Assembly (NCBI GenBank): GCA_037720515.1
Contig: JBBJMM010000015.1
Span: 4,621-68,620, forward strand
From: Ferruginibacter sp.
GTDB lineage: Bacteria > Bacteroidota > Bacteroidia > Chitinophagales > Chitinophagaceae
Direction of reading: 5' to 3'
Length of the DNA stretch: 64,000 nt
Under the pieces are notes generated by a model. It worked only from the letters and a program-made list of their open reading frames with translations. It did no database searches and was not told the origin of the DNA. Made by a program: the position numbers and the translations under genes. Positions 10,933 to 20,831 of the stretch are shown here, piece after piece (position 1 is the stretch's first letter; the number at the start of each line of letters is the position of its first letter).

Positions 10933-10990
10933 CGAACAACCAAGAATAGGTGATAATTAGCTGACTGATGAAAAAAAATCGACTATAAAC

Positions 10991-11302
10991 AAACCTTAGC
11001 GTCTCCGCGCCTTCGCGGTTAAACTTCACCGCTACAAGAAGGCACGAAGTTTCGCAATGAAATAATCATAATTAAACCTCTGCGTCTCTCCACCTCCGCG
11101 GTTAAACTTTCAATGCAAAATCTTAGCGAAACCTTTGCGTCTTTCCACCTTCGCGGTTAAACTTCACCGCTAAGATAAGAAGGCACGAAACTTCGCAATG
11201 AAATAATCATAATTAAACCTCTGCGTCTCTCCACCTCCGCGGTTAAACTTTCATTGCAAAATCTTAGCGAAACCTTTGCGTACATACGCCTACGCGGTTA
11301 AA
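10991..11302. repeat. Tandem array of five 33-bp AAACC-N3-GCG...CGCGGTTAAA motifs (about 141-bp higher-order unit)
   Basis: Copies at 10991, 11074, 11129, 11215, 11270; the spacers also recur with 141-bp period. Confidence 0.85.
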
Positions 11303-11529
11303 TCCATTAAGCAGTACCCTTAAAAGTAAATCACACCTAATTGTTAAAAATTAAATCCGCCGGCAAAATATATCCGTATTTTTTCAGCATGCTGTCCACA
11401 TCCAAAGATTAACCACCTCAATTCAACCCCGAATTCACTTGTTAGTATTACCTGTATTTAAAACAGGTACTACGTTTCATAATTGGTACAACCACCTGGA
11501 AAATTTAGTCATCATTAAATAAAAAATTT

Positions 11530-13626
11530 ATGAAAAAAAAAATCTATGCATCCATCATGCTGTTAGCCATGATACTAAACACGTTCCCGGTCTGGGCTTC
11601 CAGCCACAGGGAAGCTCCATTGATTGCAGATGATCCAACTGCTGATAATACCGACGTGTATGCTTTTAAAAGTCCAAACGATCCCAATAAAATCGTATTA
11701 ATCGCAAACTACATCCCTTTTCAATTACCCCAGGGCGGACCTAACTTTTATCATTTCAGTGAAAATGTACGCTATGAGATCCATGTTGATAATAACATTG
11801 CTACTAAAGGTGATGATATTGTTTACCGGTTCACATTTGAAAGGGTGAATGAAGATCCAACTACATTCTTCAACATCCGTTTAGGAAAAGAGAATTTAAA
11901 AACTACTTATGACCTTGAAAGAAGTATGGACGGTGGAAAAAAATTCAATACAATTTTAAATAATGCCCCCGTACCTCCACCCAATATAGGACCACGCTCT
12001 ATCAGTTCGCCTGTAGGATTAAATGCTCCGAGTTATGAATCTTTAATGACAGGTGCAATTCGAACTGCCAGCACCGGCGAAAAAGTTTTTGCAGGGCCCG
12101 TTGATGATCCGTTCTTTGTTGACCTGGGTGGAGTATTTGACCTGGGTGATGCACCCCGCCAGGGACCTACACGCCCTGAAGATGGTTTAAAATGTATAAA
12201 TGTTTCAACCATTGCAATCGAGGTTGACATCAGCACTTTACAAAAAGATCGTAAACCATTAAGCCAGGCAGCAAATATCCTTGATCCCAATTATGTGATT
12301 GGTGTATGGGCTTCTGCCAGCCGCCAGAAGATCACGGTCTTAAATGAAGTTTCTGATATGAAAGACAACAAGGATGATAAAGAATTAGAAAAGCATTCCG
12401 GCCCGTGGGTACAAGTATCAAGGTTAGGTATGCCATTAACGAATGAAGTTATCAATCCAATTGGAGATAAGGATCTATGGAACAGGCTTACACCTTACCA
12501 GGATCTTTCCAGGATAGCCCAGTTCGGAAATTATTTTTACAATCCTGAGCTGGCATTGTATATGGATGAAGCTAAATTCGGACCGGCAATACCTGCATTT
12601 GCAGCATTGCGTATACAAAAAAATTCGCTCCAGATGTATGGATTTGGAAATGGCCAGAACGGTTTATTTCCTTTAAAAGGAACTCCTGCATTAAATGGAA
12701 CTGCACTGAGTGAAGCAAATTTTGGTGGTTTGTTATTACCCGGACCCGGCAAACCAAGGTCCGTAGATCTTTATCCAATTTTTAATACAGGCGTACCTAA
12801 CCTTCGCCCCTACCAGCTTGCTGTGATGAAACAGGGCGGTAATCCTTTAGCAGAAGGAAAGCCTTTCGTCAATAATTTTCTTCCTAACGGCGGAGATATG
12901 TTGAGATTGAATATGGCAGTTCCGGTAACGCAGAGGAATGATCCTGCATTTAGTTCTGAAGGTTTGGTTAGAGCTGCAGTGTTGGGTTTAACAGTAGCAC
13001 CTTATAATACAAATAAAAATCTTCAGTTCATTCCGAATATGGATGGCTTCCCGAATGGCAGAAGACTGGAAGATGATGTAACCCGTATTGAACTACAGGC
13101 AGTGAGCGGAATTGTATTAGCAGCTATCGGTTTCTGGTATGATGATTATATTGCTGGTAGCCCTAACCCGGTTACGCCTGATTTGTTAGATGTATTAAAT
13201 TATACAACTAAAGTAGAAGCAAATGATACATCATTCAGAACATCTTTTCCTTTTGAACAAACCCCATGGGCAGGCACGCATAATTGTGATTGCGATCCTC
13301 CACCATTGGCCAATCGTCAAAATATAAATAACATCAGCAACAGCACAAATACTATATTGGGTTCGCCCGAACTGGTAATGAAAACATCTCCTAATCCATT
13401 CAATGATAACACTACCATTGATTACCAGTTGAAATCAACAGCTAACATTAGTGTGGTTGTATATGATGTGAAAGGGAATGAAATGCAGGTGTTGGTAAAT
13501 AAAAAACAAACCCCGGGAACGTACACCAGGCAATTTAATTCGCAAGGCCTTGTTTCTGGAATTTACTTTGTAAAGATTTACCAGGATGGTGTGGTGAAGC
13601 AAACACTTAAAATAGTTAAAAGATAA
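11530..13626 (+). CDS. DUF4331 family protein with T9SS type A C-terminal sorting domain
   Basis: Signal peptide then ASSHREAPLIADDPTADNTDVYAF, GPVDDPFFVDL, QVSRLGMPLTNE, GFPNGRRLEDDV; C-terminal SPNPF...SGIYFVKI...KIVKR. Confidence 0.9.
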   Translation: MKKKIYASIMLLAMILNTFPVWASSHREAPLIADDPTADNTDVYAFKSPNDPNKIVLIANYIPFQLPQGGPNFYHFSENVRYEIHVDNNIATKGDDIVYRFTFERVNEDPTTFFNIRLGKENLKTTYDLERSMDGGKKFNTILNNAPVPPPNIGPRSISSPVGLNAPSYESLMTGAIRTASTGEKVFAGPVDDPFFVDLGGVFDLGDAPRQGPTRPEDGLKCINVSTIAIEVDISTLQKDRKPLSQAANILDPNYVIGVWASASRQKITVLNEVSDMKDNKDDKELEKHSGPWVQVSRLGMPLTNEVINPIGDKDLWNRLTPYQDLSRIAQFGNYFYNPELALYMDEAKFGPAIPAFAALRIQKNSLQMYGFGNGQNGLFPLKGTPALNGTALSEANFGGLLLPGPGKPRSVDLYPIFNTGVPNLRPYQLAVMKQGGNPLAEGKPFVNNFLPNGGDMLRLNMAVPVTQRNDPAFSSEGLVRAAVLGLTVAPYNTNKNLQFIPNMDGFPNGRRLEDDVTRIELQAVSGIVLAAIGFWYDDYIAGSPNPVTPDLLDVLNYTTKVEANDTSFRTSFPFEQTPWAGTHNCDCDPPPLANRQNINNISNSTNTILGSPELVMKTSPNPFNDNTTIDYQLKSTANISVVVYDVKGNEMQVLVNKKQTPGTYTRQFNSQGLVSGIYFVKIYQDGVVKQTLKIVKR

Positions 13627-13631
13627 ATTAC

Positions 13632-13678
13632 AAAAGGGGTTGTATTGATAATCATGCAATCAATACAATCCCTTTTTT
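13632..13678 (+). terminator. Intra-operon 18-bp stem-loop (terminator or mRNA stabiliser)
   Basis: AAAAGGGGTTGTATTGAT-9 nt-ATCAATACAATCCCTTTT followed by TT. Confidence 0.7.
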
Positions 13679-13699
13679 AACTTTTTTTAAAACAGTAAC

Positions 13700-15043
13700 A
13701 TGAAAAAAAATATACTATACCTATTACTAATAATTTTCTTTGTTGGGGCCGTAAGCTTTGTGGTAGTAAAATATAAACACAAAAAAGAAAGCGAAAGTAA
13801 AATTGAATATTTCTTACTTCCCCGCGCTGGAAACAACAGCAAAGAAGAATGGGCATTTGCAAAAAAATATACTGACAGCCTGATCACACGGATTGCCGCA
13901 AAGCCTGGTGACAGCAAATCAAAAATTGCACTGGTTAATGCATATATAATAGAATCACGCATAAGTGGCAACATGGCTTATTATGATAGAGCCGCAATGA
14001 AAACGGTGGAAAGTATTTTAGCTAAAGAGCCGGAACATGCTGACGCCCTGATGTTGAAATCCTTAGTGCAATTATCACAACATCATTTTGCTGAGGGATT
14101 AACAACTGCAACAACGGTTGTAAATTTAAAACCCAATAATGCATTTGGATATGGGTTGCTTGTTGATGCGAATATAGAAATGGGTAATTATAAGGCGGCA
14201 CTGGAGGCTGCTGAAAAAATGATAAGCATACGTCCGGATATGCGTTCCTATTCACGTATTTCTTATTTGCGTGAAATACATGGAGATTATCCCGGTGCAA
14301 TTAGTGCAATGAAGCTTGCTGTTGCAGCAGGAGTGCCGGCAGAAGAACCAACCGAATGGAGCAGAACACAGTTGGGGCGTTTGTATGAGCAGTTAGGCAG
14401 AGTGTCAGAGGCACGTTACCAATACCAGTTATCATTGGCTGCCCGTCCGGATTACAGCAATGCCTTGGCAGGGTTAGGGAGATTAGCAGCGCATGAAAAA
14501 AAATATGACAGCACTGTTTATTATTTTCAGCAGGCGTCGGGCTTTACCAACGATCTTGATGTAAGGCAAAACCTGGCAACTGCATTACAAAATGCAGGGC
14601 AATCTCAAAAAGCAATTGAATTAAGAAAAGATATCATCAACGATATGAATAAAAATGTAAATAATGCTGATGACCCTGAACTCGGCCATTATTCAGATAA
14701 AGAATTAGCGATAGTTTACCTGGAAAATAACAATACTGATAAAGCCCTGCAACATGCAATGGCAGAATATAACCGTCGGCCGCAAAACATAGAAGTTAAT
14801 GAAACCATGGCCCTGGTGTATTATAAAAGGAATGAGGCAGCAAAAGCACTTCCTTATCTTAAAACCGCATTATCAACCAACAGCAAAAAACCAGCTTTAT
14901 TAACCATTGCCGCATTAATTTATTTAAAGTCGGGCAATGCGGAAACTGCTAAACAGTTATTGAGCGAAATTTCCTACCACCCGGTAATGCCGCAACAAAT
15001 GCTGGCTGATGCTAATGAGGCTTATAAAATTGCTCAGCGGTGA
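13700..15043 (+). CDS. Tetratricopeptide repeat protein with N-terminal membrane anchor
   Basis: N-terminal TM segment, multiple TPR-like helical pairs (e.g. FGYGLLVDANIEMGNYKAALEAAEKMISIRP). Confidence 0.88.
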   Translation: MKKNILYLLLIIFFVGAVSFVVVKYKHKKESESKIEYFLLPRAGNNSKEEWAFAKKYTDSLITRIAAKPGDSKSKIALVNAYIIESRISGNMAYYDRAAMKTVESILAKEPEHADALMLKSLVQLSQHHFAEGLTTATTVVNLKPNNAFGYGLLVDANIEMGNYKAALEAAEKMISIRPDMRSYSRISYLREIHGDYPGAISAMKLAVAAGVPAEEPTEWSRTQLGRLYEQLGRVSEARYQYQLSLAARPDYSNALAGLGRLAAHEKKYDSTVYYFQQASGFTNDLDVRQNLATALQNAGQSQKAIELRKDIINDMNKNVNNADDPELGHYSDKELAIVYLENNNTDKALQHAMAEYNRRPQNIEVNETMALVYYKRNEAAKALPYLKTALSTNSKKPALLTIAALIYLKSGNAETAKQLLSEISYHPVMPQQMLADANEAYKIAQR

Positions 15044-15699
15044 AATTGAAGGTGCAAATTTTATGTTTGTTGTTGTTATGTTTTTATCAGCCTTTATTTG
15101 CCCATACAATAAATTACGCACTTGAGCATGCACCCACGGGACATGTATTTTGGTATTATTTTAAATTGGGACTGCAGCATATTGTTCCTTACGGGCTTGA
15201 CCATATTCTTTTTGTGATAGGCTTATGCCTTTTAAACAACAAAATAAAAACAATGCTTTGGCAAGCAACTGCTTTTACTGTAGCCCATTCTTTAACCCTG
15301 GCTTTATCAATGAAAAATATTGTCGTAGCCCCACCCGCAATAGTAGAACCTATCATAGCACTCTCCATATTTTTCATCGCCATTGAAAATTTGTTCACCA
15401 AAGAGTTAAAACCGTGGAGAATAGGTCTGGTATTCGCTTTCGGGCTCATACATGGTTTGGGTTTTGCGAGTGCTTTAAATGAGATCGGCCTGCCCAGGGA
15501 TAATTTCCTTACCTCTATACTTGCCTTTAATGTGGGTGTAGAAGCCGGTCAGATTTTAATAATAGCTGCTGTTTTTGCGATACTCATTTATCCCTTAGGC
15601 AAACAACCCTGGTTTAAAAAACGAATTGTTTATCCTGTTTCCATACTCATTGCATTAATGGCTTTGTATTGGAGTGTGAAAAGAATTGCGTCTATATGA
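15040..15699 (+). CDS. HupE/UreJ family membrane protein
   Basis: GLQHI..GLDHILF, TAFTVAHSLTL, FGLIHGLGFA, FNVGVEAGQ; 4-bp GTGA overlap with the TPR gene. Confidence 0.9.
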   Translation: MKLKVQILCLLLLCFYQPLFAHTINYALEHAPTGHVFWYYFKLGLQHIVPYGLDHILFVIGLCLLNNKIKTMLWQATAFTVAHSLTLALSMKNIVVAPPAIVEPIIALSIFFIAIENLFTKELKPWRIGLVFAFGLIHGLGFASALNEIGLPRDNFLTSILAFNVGVEAGQILIIAAVFAILIYPLGKQPWFKKRIVYPVSILIALMALYWSVKRIASI

Positions 15700-15869
15700 T
15701 GCTGGTGGTTATACTTTACCGGTAAGAAAGGAAGGCGGTAAGTTTCGTAAGGAAAATAAATTTAGTGAAATATTTGCACGGTTATACTTACTGATTAAGT
15801 TTCTCTTGATTAATTTAAGAAATAGATTTTTTATAAGATGGGTCAATTTTAATTTTCAGATTATTTTTA

Positions 15870-16328
15870 GTGATGCCGGAAAATAAATTTATCGTTAGAG
15901 AATCCGTTTTTTTTAATCTTCTTTTAGGTCTTATTTGCCTTTCAATATTTATTGGTGTTATTTTCACAATAAAAGGGCAGCAAAGATTTACAACATTAGA
16001 TTATATAAAATTTGTCGCATTGCTGTTTATACCCAGCATTATTGTCTTTAGAAAAGCAACAAGGAGAAGTCTGGTATTTCAAATTGACAAAAACGGCATT
16101 TACTACATTGGCGTTCTAATTACGAATTGGGATAGATTTATACAAGCATATGTTCTCGAGGACAATCCCGAAAAAGGTTTAGACATTAGGTTTTCGCTTT
16201 ATGTAGAGTATTATGATCTTGAAACAAATGTTCCATTTAAAATTAAAATTCCATTATCCGGAACTTTGGACAAGTCAACCGAGCAAATTGAATTTGCAAT
16301 AAAAGAATACAGTCTGACTTCAAGATAA
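15870..16328 (+). CDS. Hypothetical membrane protein (2 TM segments plus soluble domain)
   Basis: 152 aa ORF with two hydrophobic helices. Confidence 0.65.
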   Translation: MMPENKFIVRESVFFNLLLGLICLSIFIGVIFTIKGQQRFTTLDYIKFVALLFIPSIIVFRKATRRSLVFQIDKNGIYYIGVLITNWDRFIQAYVLEDNPEKGLDIRFSLYVEYYDLETNVPFKIKIPLSGTLDKSTEQIEFAIKEYSLTSR

Positions 16329-16388
16329 AATGCTATGTATATTGCACACAGTAGGTTAAAGGGTAAGTGATGTTTTTTTATTTGACAT

Positions 16389-17113
16389 ATGTTTATGAGT
16401 ATAATAAAGAGTTTTTTTTCCTCTAGATTCAAAAGTAACATTAAAGAGAGGTTAGGTGTTCCTTCATTACATTGGAGTTTGCAAAACTTAAAAAAGGCGG
16501 GCTTAACACCTAATTTTGCTATAGATGGCGGAGCCTATATAGGTGAATGGACGAAGGATTTCTTAGAAGTGTTTCCCGATTCTAAAGTATTGATGATCGA
16601 GGCCCAATCGGCCAAAGAACCAACATTAAAAAGTGTATGTGAAAAGTTTTCAAATGTTCACTATCACATGGCATTGATGGCAGCAAAAGACAATCAAGAG
16701 CTTTCGTTTGTAGAGAATGAAACGATAAGTTATACCAGTTTTAACCCCTTGATTCAAACAAAGGAAAAGAAACTTTCTACAACCTTAGATTCTATTATTG
16801 AAATGAATAATTACCAATATCCTGATTTTATTAAATTAGATGTTCAAGGTTATGAGATTGAAGTTTTGAGAAGGGTGCATCTAAGTGTTTAGAAATATCG
16901 GAGATATGCTTGCTTGAAGTTTCCATTTTCGATTGGGGAGATAGATTTGTGCCACTTATCCCCGAAACATTAAACTTTATGAATGAACATAACTTTATGG
17001 CTTATGATATTTCACATATTTCAAGGAGACCGTATGACCATGCATTAAATCAAATAGATATGTTTTTTGTCAAAAAGAATTCAAAATTAATTGCTTTAAA
17101 AGAGTGGTCGTAG
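16389..17113 (+). pseudogene. FkbM family methyltransferase, frameshifted
   Basis: IDGGAYIGEW and FIKLDVQGYEIEVL; the shifted frame after about 16870 reads KGASKCLEISEICLLEVS...QIDMFF. Confidence 0.8.
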
Positions 17114-17190
17114 ATTCTTCCTATTACCTAAGCTAAGGGGTTGAATTCTTTACGATTCTTTCAATCTTTCATGATCAAAACTGAAGTATA

Positions 17191-17579
17191 TTGAAATTGC
17201 GAGATAATTCGATAATCTCGCAATTATCAAAGAATTGTGAACCAGAAGAATTGTGGAAAGCAATTAAATTTCAGCGCTATTTAAAGAGTAATACTTTTCG
17301 TTTCAGCAAATATAATTTTCATTATATAATCACGGATTATCTTCAACGTATTTTTCATCGCTTGATCTTCACATTGGTGGTAAGTTGAGCAGCAATATTG
17401 GAATTGCTGAAACTGATAAAACCAAATTCATTATAAGTTCTATTATAGAAGAAGCAATTTCCAGTAGTCAAATGGAAGGAGCTAATACTACTCGAAAAAA
17501 AGCGAAAGAGATGATTCAAAATTTTATTAAATCCAAAGTGTTTAATAAAGTTTTGGCTAAATATAAAATCATAGTTTAA
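17191..17579 (+). pseudogene. Fic family protein N-terminal remnant
   Basis: DLHIGGKL and IEEAISSSQMEGANTTRKKAKEM in shifted frames; truncated well before any Fic HPFxxGNGR motif. Confidence 0.7.
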
Positions 17580-17675
17580 GGTACCGATTGCCAACATAAG
17601 TTTTTGCAAAAATAGAACTGGACAATATTCTAATTTCAGCTTTTGTTTTCAACCTCAATTTTATAATTTAAATTA

Positions 17676-18059
17676 CTATTGTCCGGTTAAAATGCTGTTC
17701 CTCGGCCTCATAAAAAATCCGTTAAGAAAATTGAAGCGGAAGGCGTTAGAAGAAATACAGATGTTACTACAGTTGAGTTATATTTATAGTCGGTAAGTAG
17801 CACCTGGCTTGGCTTTTATATGAAGATGGAACTTGTTTTTTTTTAGCCTGCAACTTAGATTTTTAGGATTTTTTATGCAGCCTTGATTTTTGCTCCACTT
17901 TTAGCTTATTCTGTTATTTAAATTTATCGCTGAATCTCCTGCGTCGATTTGTATCAAGAAAAAGTGGAATGAAATAAAACCTATCCTAAAACAAATTTCT
18001 TTTTAAAGGGCTCTGGTATTGTATTTTAAAGAAAGAATATAATTTCTACCGGACAGTAG
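17676..18059 (-). mobile_element. MITE-like non-autonomous element, copy 1
   Basis: Imperfect TIRs CTATTGTCCGGTTAAAAT / ATTTCTACCGGACAGTAG flanked by TA; reverse-complement homolog of 37519-37858; no internal ORF recognised. Confidence 0.75.
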
Positions 18060-18244
18060 TAAATTTAAATAGAAAATATAAACCAGGTTAAACGAGCAAT
18101 GAATTTCTTGCCTTCGCAAACACTCGAACTTAATATGGAATACTTCTGCATGTGGAGAAATACCAGCCGACTATGGGCGAAAATAATTTACGTTATATTG
18201 CGTTAAGTCAACTAATATATCGTACATAGTTTAAATTTCAGATA

Positions 18245-20416
18245 TTGAATCAAACCCAAACAGATTTAAGCAATTTGAATGATAAACAGCGGGAAGCCGT
18301 TATCAGCAAAGATAAACGGCTTTTAGTTTTGGCAGGTGCAGGTTCGGGAAAGACAAAAACACTTTTACAAAAAATCATTTATTTAATTGAGGAGAAAGGT
18401 GTAAGCCCGTCAAGTATTCTTGCAATTACATTTACCAAGAATGCTACAAACGAAATGATTGACCGTTTAATTATTTCGGCAGACACAACAGGAATCTATG
18501 AAACCATTATGTCTGATAAGCATTTGAGCAAAGCAGATAAAGACAAAGAAAGATATAGCCAACAAAAAATTTATAAATGGATTGATGGTTTAACCGTTAA
18601 AACATTTCACGGTTTTTGTTTCAGCATCTTACGTAACTCTGGTGTAAATGAGTTTGACAATAAGTTCAGAATTATCGGAGATGAAAAACGAGACGAAGAA
18701 GATGAACTTTCAAAACATGTTGCACCAGAAACAGTTTTTGAAGTAGTGCACAAACTTTTAATTGAACAATGCCACAACACAGAATTTTTACTTCAACTCA
18801 AACGCTACATTTTAGATTACCTCATTGACAAAATCCATCTAAAGAAAAACGACAAGTATTTACCTAAAGATGGTAAGTATTTTACTACACTTGACGGAAC
18901 AAAAGTCCGTTCAAAATCCGAACAATTTATTTCGGACTGGCTTTACCGACACAGTATCAAGTATGAATACGAACCTTTACTCAATGTAAAAGACTTTGCT
19001 TTTCATCCCGACTTTTTTATTCCTGATGCTAATCTTTACATTGAGCATGTAAGCGACAAAAGTTATTCAACCAAAAACAAAGAAGAACAATTTCAAAAAG
19101 GAAATTTACTTTTAGTTAAGACCTATGAAAGCATGACTAAAGATTCTGCATTGTTTAATCATACTTTAGACAAGGTGGTAAAAAACCGTTTGCCAGTAAA
19201 TTATCACAAAAAAGTCTCAATTACATACAAAGAAGAGTTTAACGGCTACCATGAAAATATAAAAGACTTCGTTACTCAAATCATGCGAATTACCGACATG
19301 ATAAAAGTTGAGAACACCAACTTTAAAAAAGTCTTGCACAAAGCAAGACAAGACCAACACGAAAGAGTTAGAAGTTTTTACGAGTTAGCAATTCCAATAG
19401 TTGAAAAATATATTCACTACTGCACGGACAAATCTTTTCTTGACTTCAATGATTTGATTTCAAGAAGCTTTTCCCTATTTCAAAACCATAATGACATAGC
19501 AAACAAATACAAAAGAAAATACCAATACATTTTAGTTGACGAGTTTCAAGATGTAAATAATTTGCAAGTTGAGTTAATCAAACTTTTATTAACGGACCAA
19601 ACACAACTCTTTTGTGTTGGCGATGATTGGCAAAGCATTTATGGTTTCCGAGGTTCTAATGTAAGTTACATAGTTGACTTTGAAAACTACTTTCCAAATG
19701 CAAAAGTTGTCAAACTAAATTTAAATTATCGCAGCACTCAAAACATTGTGGGAGCAAGTAATGAAGTAATTAAACACAACAAATTTAAGGTTGAGAAAGA
19801 AATACACTCTTCAAAGCAATCAGAACACAAAATTGTTGTGTATTCTGGCAATAGCGAAAAAGAAAATATTCAATTTTGTGTTGACAAAGTGCAAGAATTA
19901 TTTAAGGGTGGAATGACTAACGATGATATTTTGTTTCTCTACCGTAGAAGCAAAATGTTTACTCCTTACTTCTTCCGATTTAAAGACGAAGGAATTAAAG
20001 TTCAAGGAAAAACTATTCATGCAGCCAAAGGACTTGAAGCGAAAGTTGTTTTCATACTAGGTTTATCAGAGGGAAGCGGTGGCTTTCCCGACATCTGGTT
20101 AGAGGACAGAATTTTTCAATTCATCAAAAAAGCAAATCACGATTTGCTTTTAGAGGAAGAAAGACGATTGTTTTATGTAGCAATTACAAGAGCCAAAGAC
20201 AAACTTTTTCTAATCACCGAAAAAGGTAATGAATCAAGTTTCTTAAAAGAAATTCCCGATATATTCACAGTTAGAACAAGCATACCAATAAAGTCAGTAG
20301 TTGAAAAAGTAATTACTTGCAAAAAGTGTTTCAGCCAACTTGAAAAACTTTGGGTTGCCTGTCCTTATTGCATGGAGAAAGTACCAGACAAAGCTACCGA
20401 ACAAGAAATAAAATGA
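18245..20416 (+). CDS. UvrD/helicase IV-like SF1 helicase with inserted nuclease-like domain and C-terminal Zn ribbon
   Basis: LAGAGSGKT, ITFTKNA, ILVDEFQD, VGDDWQSIYGFRG, NYRS, TIHAAKGLE, EERRLFYVAITRAK; insert RSKSE...PDF...IEH; CKKC...CPYC. TTG start. Confidence 0.9.
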   Translation: MNQTQTDLSNLNDKQREAVISKDKRLLVLAGAGSGKTKTLLQKIIYLIEEKGVSPSSILAITFTKNATNEMIDRLIISADTTGIYETIMSDKHLSKADKDKERYSQQKIYKWIDGLTVKTFHGFCFSILRNSGVNEFDNKFRIIGDEKRDEEDELSKHVAPETVFEVVHKLLIEQCHNTEFLLQLKRYILDYLIDKIHLKKNDKYLPKDGKYFTTLDGTKVRSKSEQFISDWLYRHSIKYEYEPLLNVKDFAFHPDFFIPDANLYIEHVSDKSYSTKNKEEQFQKGNLLLVKTYESMTKDSALFNHTLDKVVKNRLPVNYHKKVSITYKEEFNGYHENIKDFVTQIMRITDMIKVENTNFKKVLHKARQDQHERVRSFYELAIPIVEKYIHYCTDKSFLDFNDLISRSFSLFQNHNDIANKYKRKYQYILVDEFQDVNNLQVELIKLLLTDQTQLFCVGDDWQSIYGFRGSNVSYIVDFENYFPNAKVVKLNLNYRSTQNIVGASNEVIKHNKFKVEKEIHSSKQSEHKIVVYSGNSEKENIQFCVDKVQELFKGGMTNDDILFLYRRSKMFTPYFFRFKDEGIKVQGKTIHAAKGLEAKVVFILGLSEGSGGFPDIWLEDRIFQFIKKANHDLLLEEERRLFYVAITRAKDKLFLITEKGNESSFLKEIPDIFTVRTSIPIKSVVEKVITCKKCFSQLEKLWVACPYCMEKVPDKATEQEIK

Positions 20417-20541
20417 GTGCAATATTTGCAACAGCAGGCCTTATTAGAGAGTAGTTTGAACGGCTGCCTGGCTGCTACAATTCTCTGTTTTGGTTTATTT
20501 TATTTTATTGCCATTTAAACTCCCTTTTAACTTGAAATTAA

Positions 20542-20572
20542 TTTGACTTAATACCAATTATTGGTATATTTA
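20542..20572 (+). promoter_or_regulatory. TA operon promoter with palindromic operator
   Basis: TTTG (20542) - 19 nt - TATATTTA (20565); perfect IR ATACCAAT-T-ATTGGTAT (20551-20567) overlaps the spacer. Confidence 0.65.
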
Positions 20573-20588
20573 ATGATCAAATAATTTT

Positions 20589-20831
20589 ATGGCAAAGAAT
20601 ACCTCTATCCTTCTTGGTGAACATTTCGAAAAATTTATAAGTGGAGAGGTTTCCTCGGGCAAATACGGATCGGCTAGTGAAGTAGTTCGAACAGCTTTAA
20701 GGATATTAGAATCCGAAGAAGAAAAAAAAGCAGCTTTGATTAAAGCCTTAATCAAAGGCGAAAAGTCAAAACGATTTGAAAATTTTGATCCAAAAACTCA
20801 CTTAGCTCAACTCCATAAAAAATATTTATGA
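20589..20831 (+). CDS. parD: ParD-family (RHH) antitoxin
   Basis: NTSILLGEHFEKFI...SGKYGSASEVVRTALRIL, typical of ParD1-type antitoxins; overlaps toxin start. Confidence 0.85.
   Translation: MAKNTSILLGEHFEKFISGEVSSGKYGSASEVVRTALRILESEEEKKAALIKALIKGEKSKRFENFDPKTHLAQLHKKYL

Noticed and set aside
10991-11302. CRISPR array
   Set aside because: Repeats are degenerate, spacers are themselves duplicated and alternate in length, and no cas gene is in the window.
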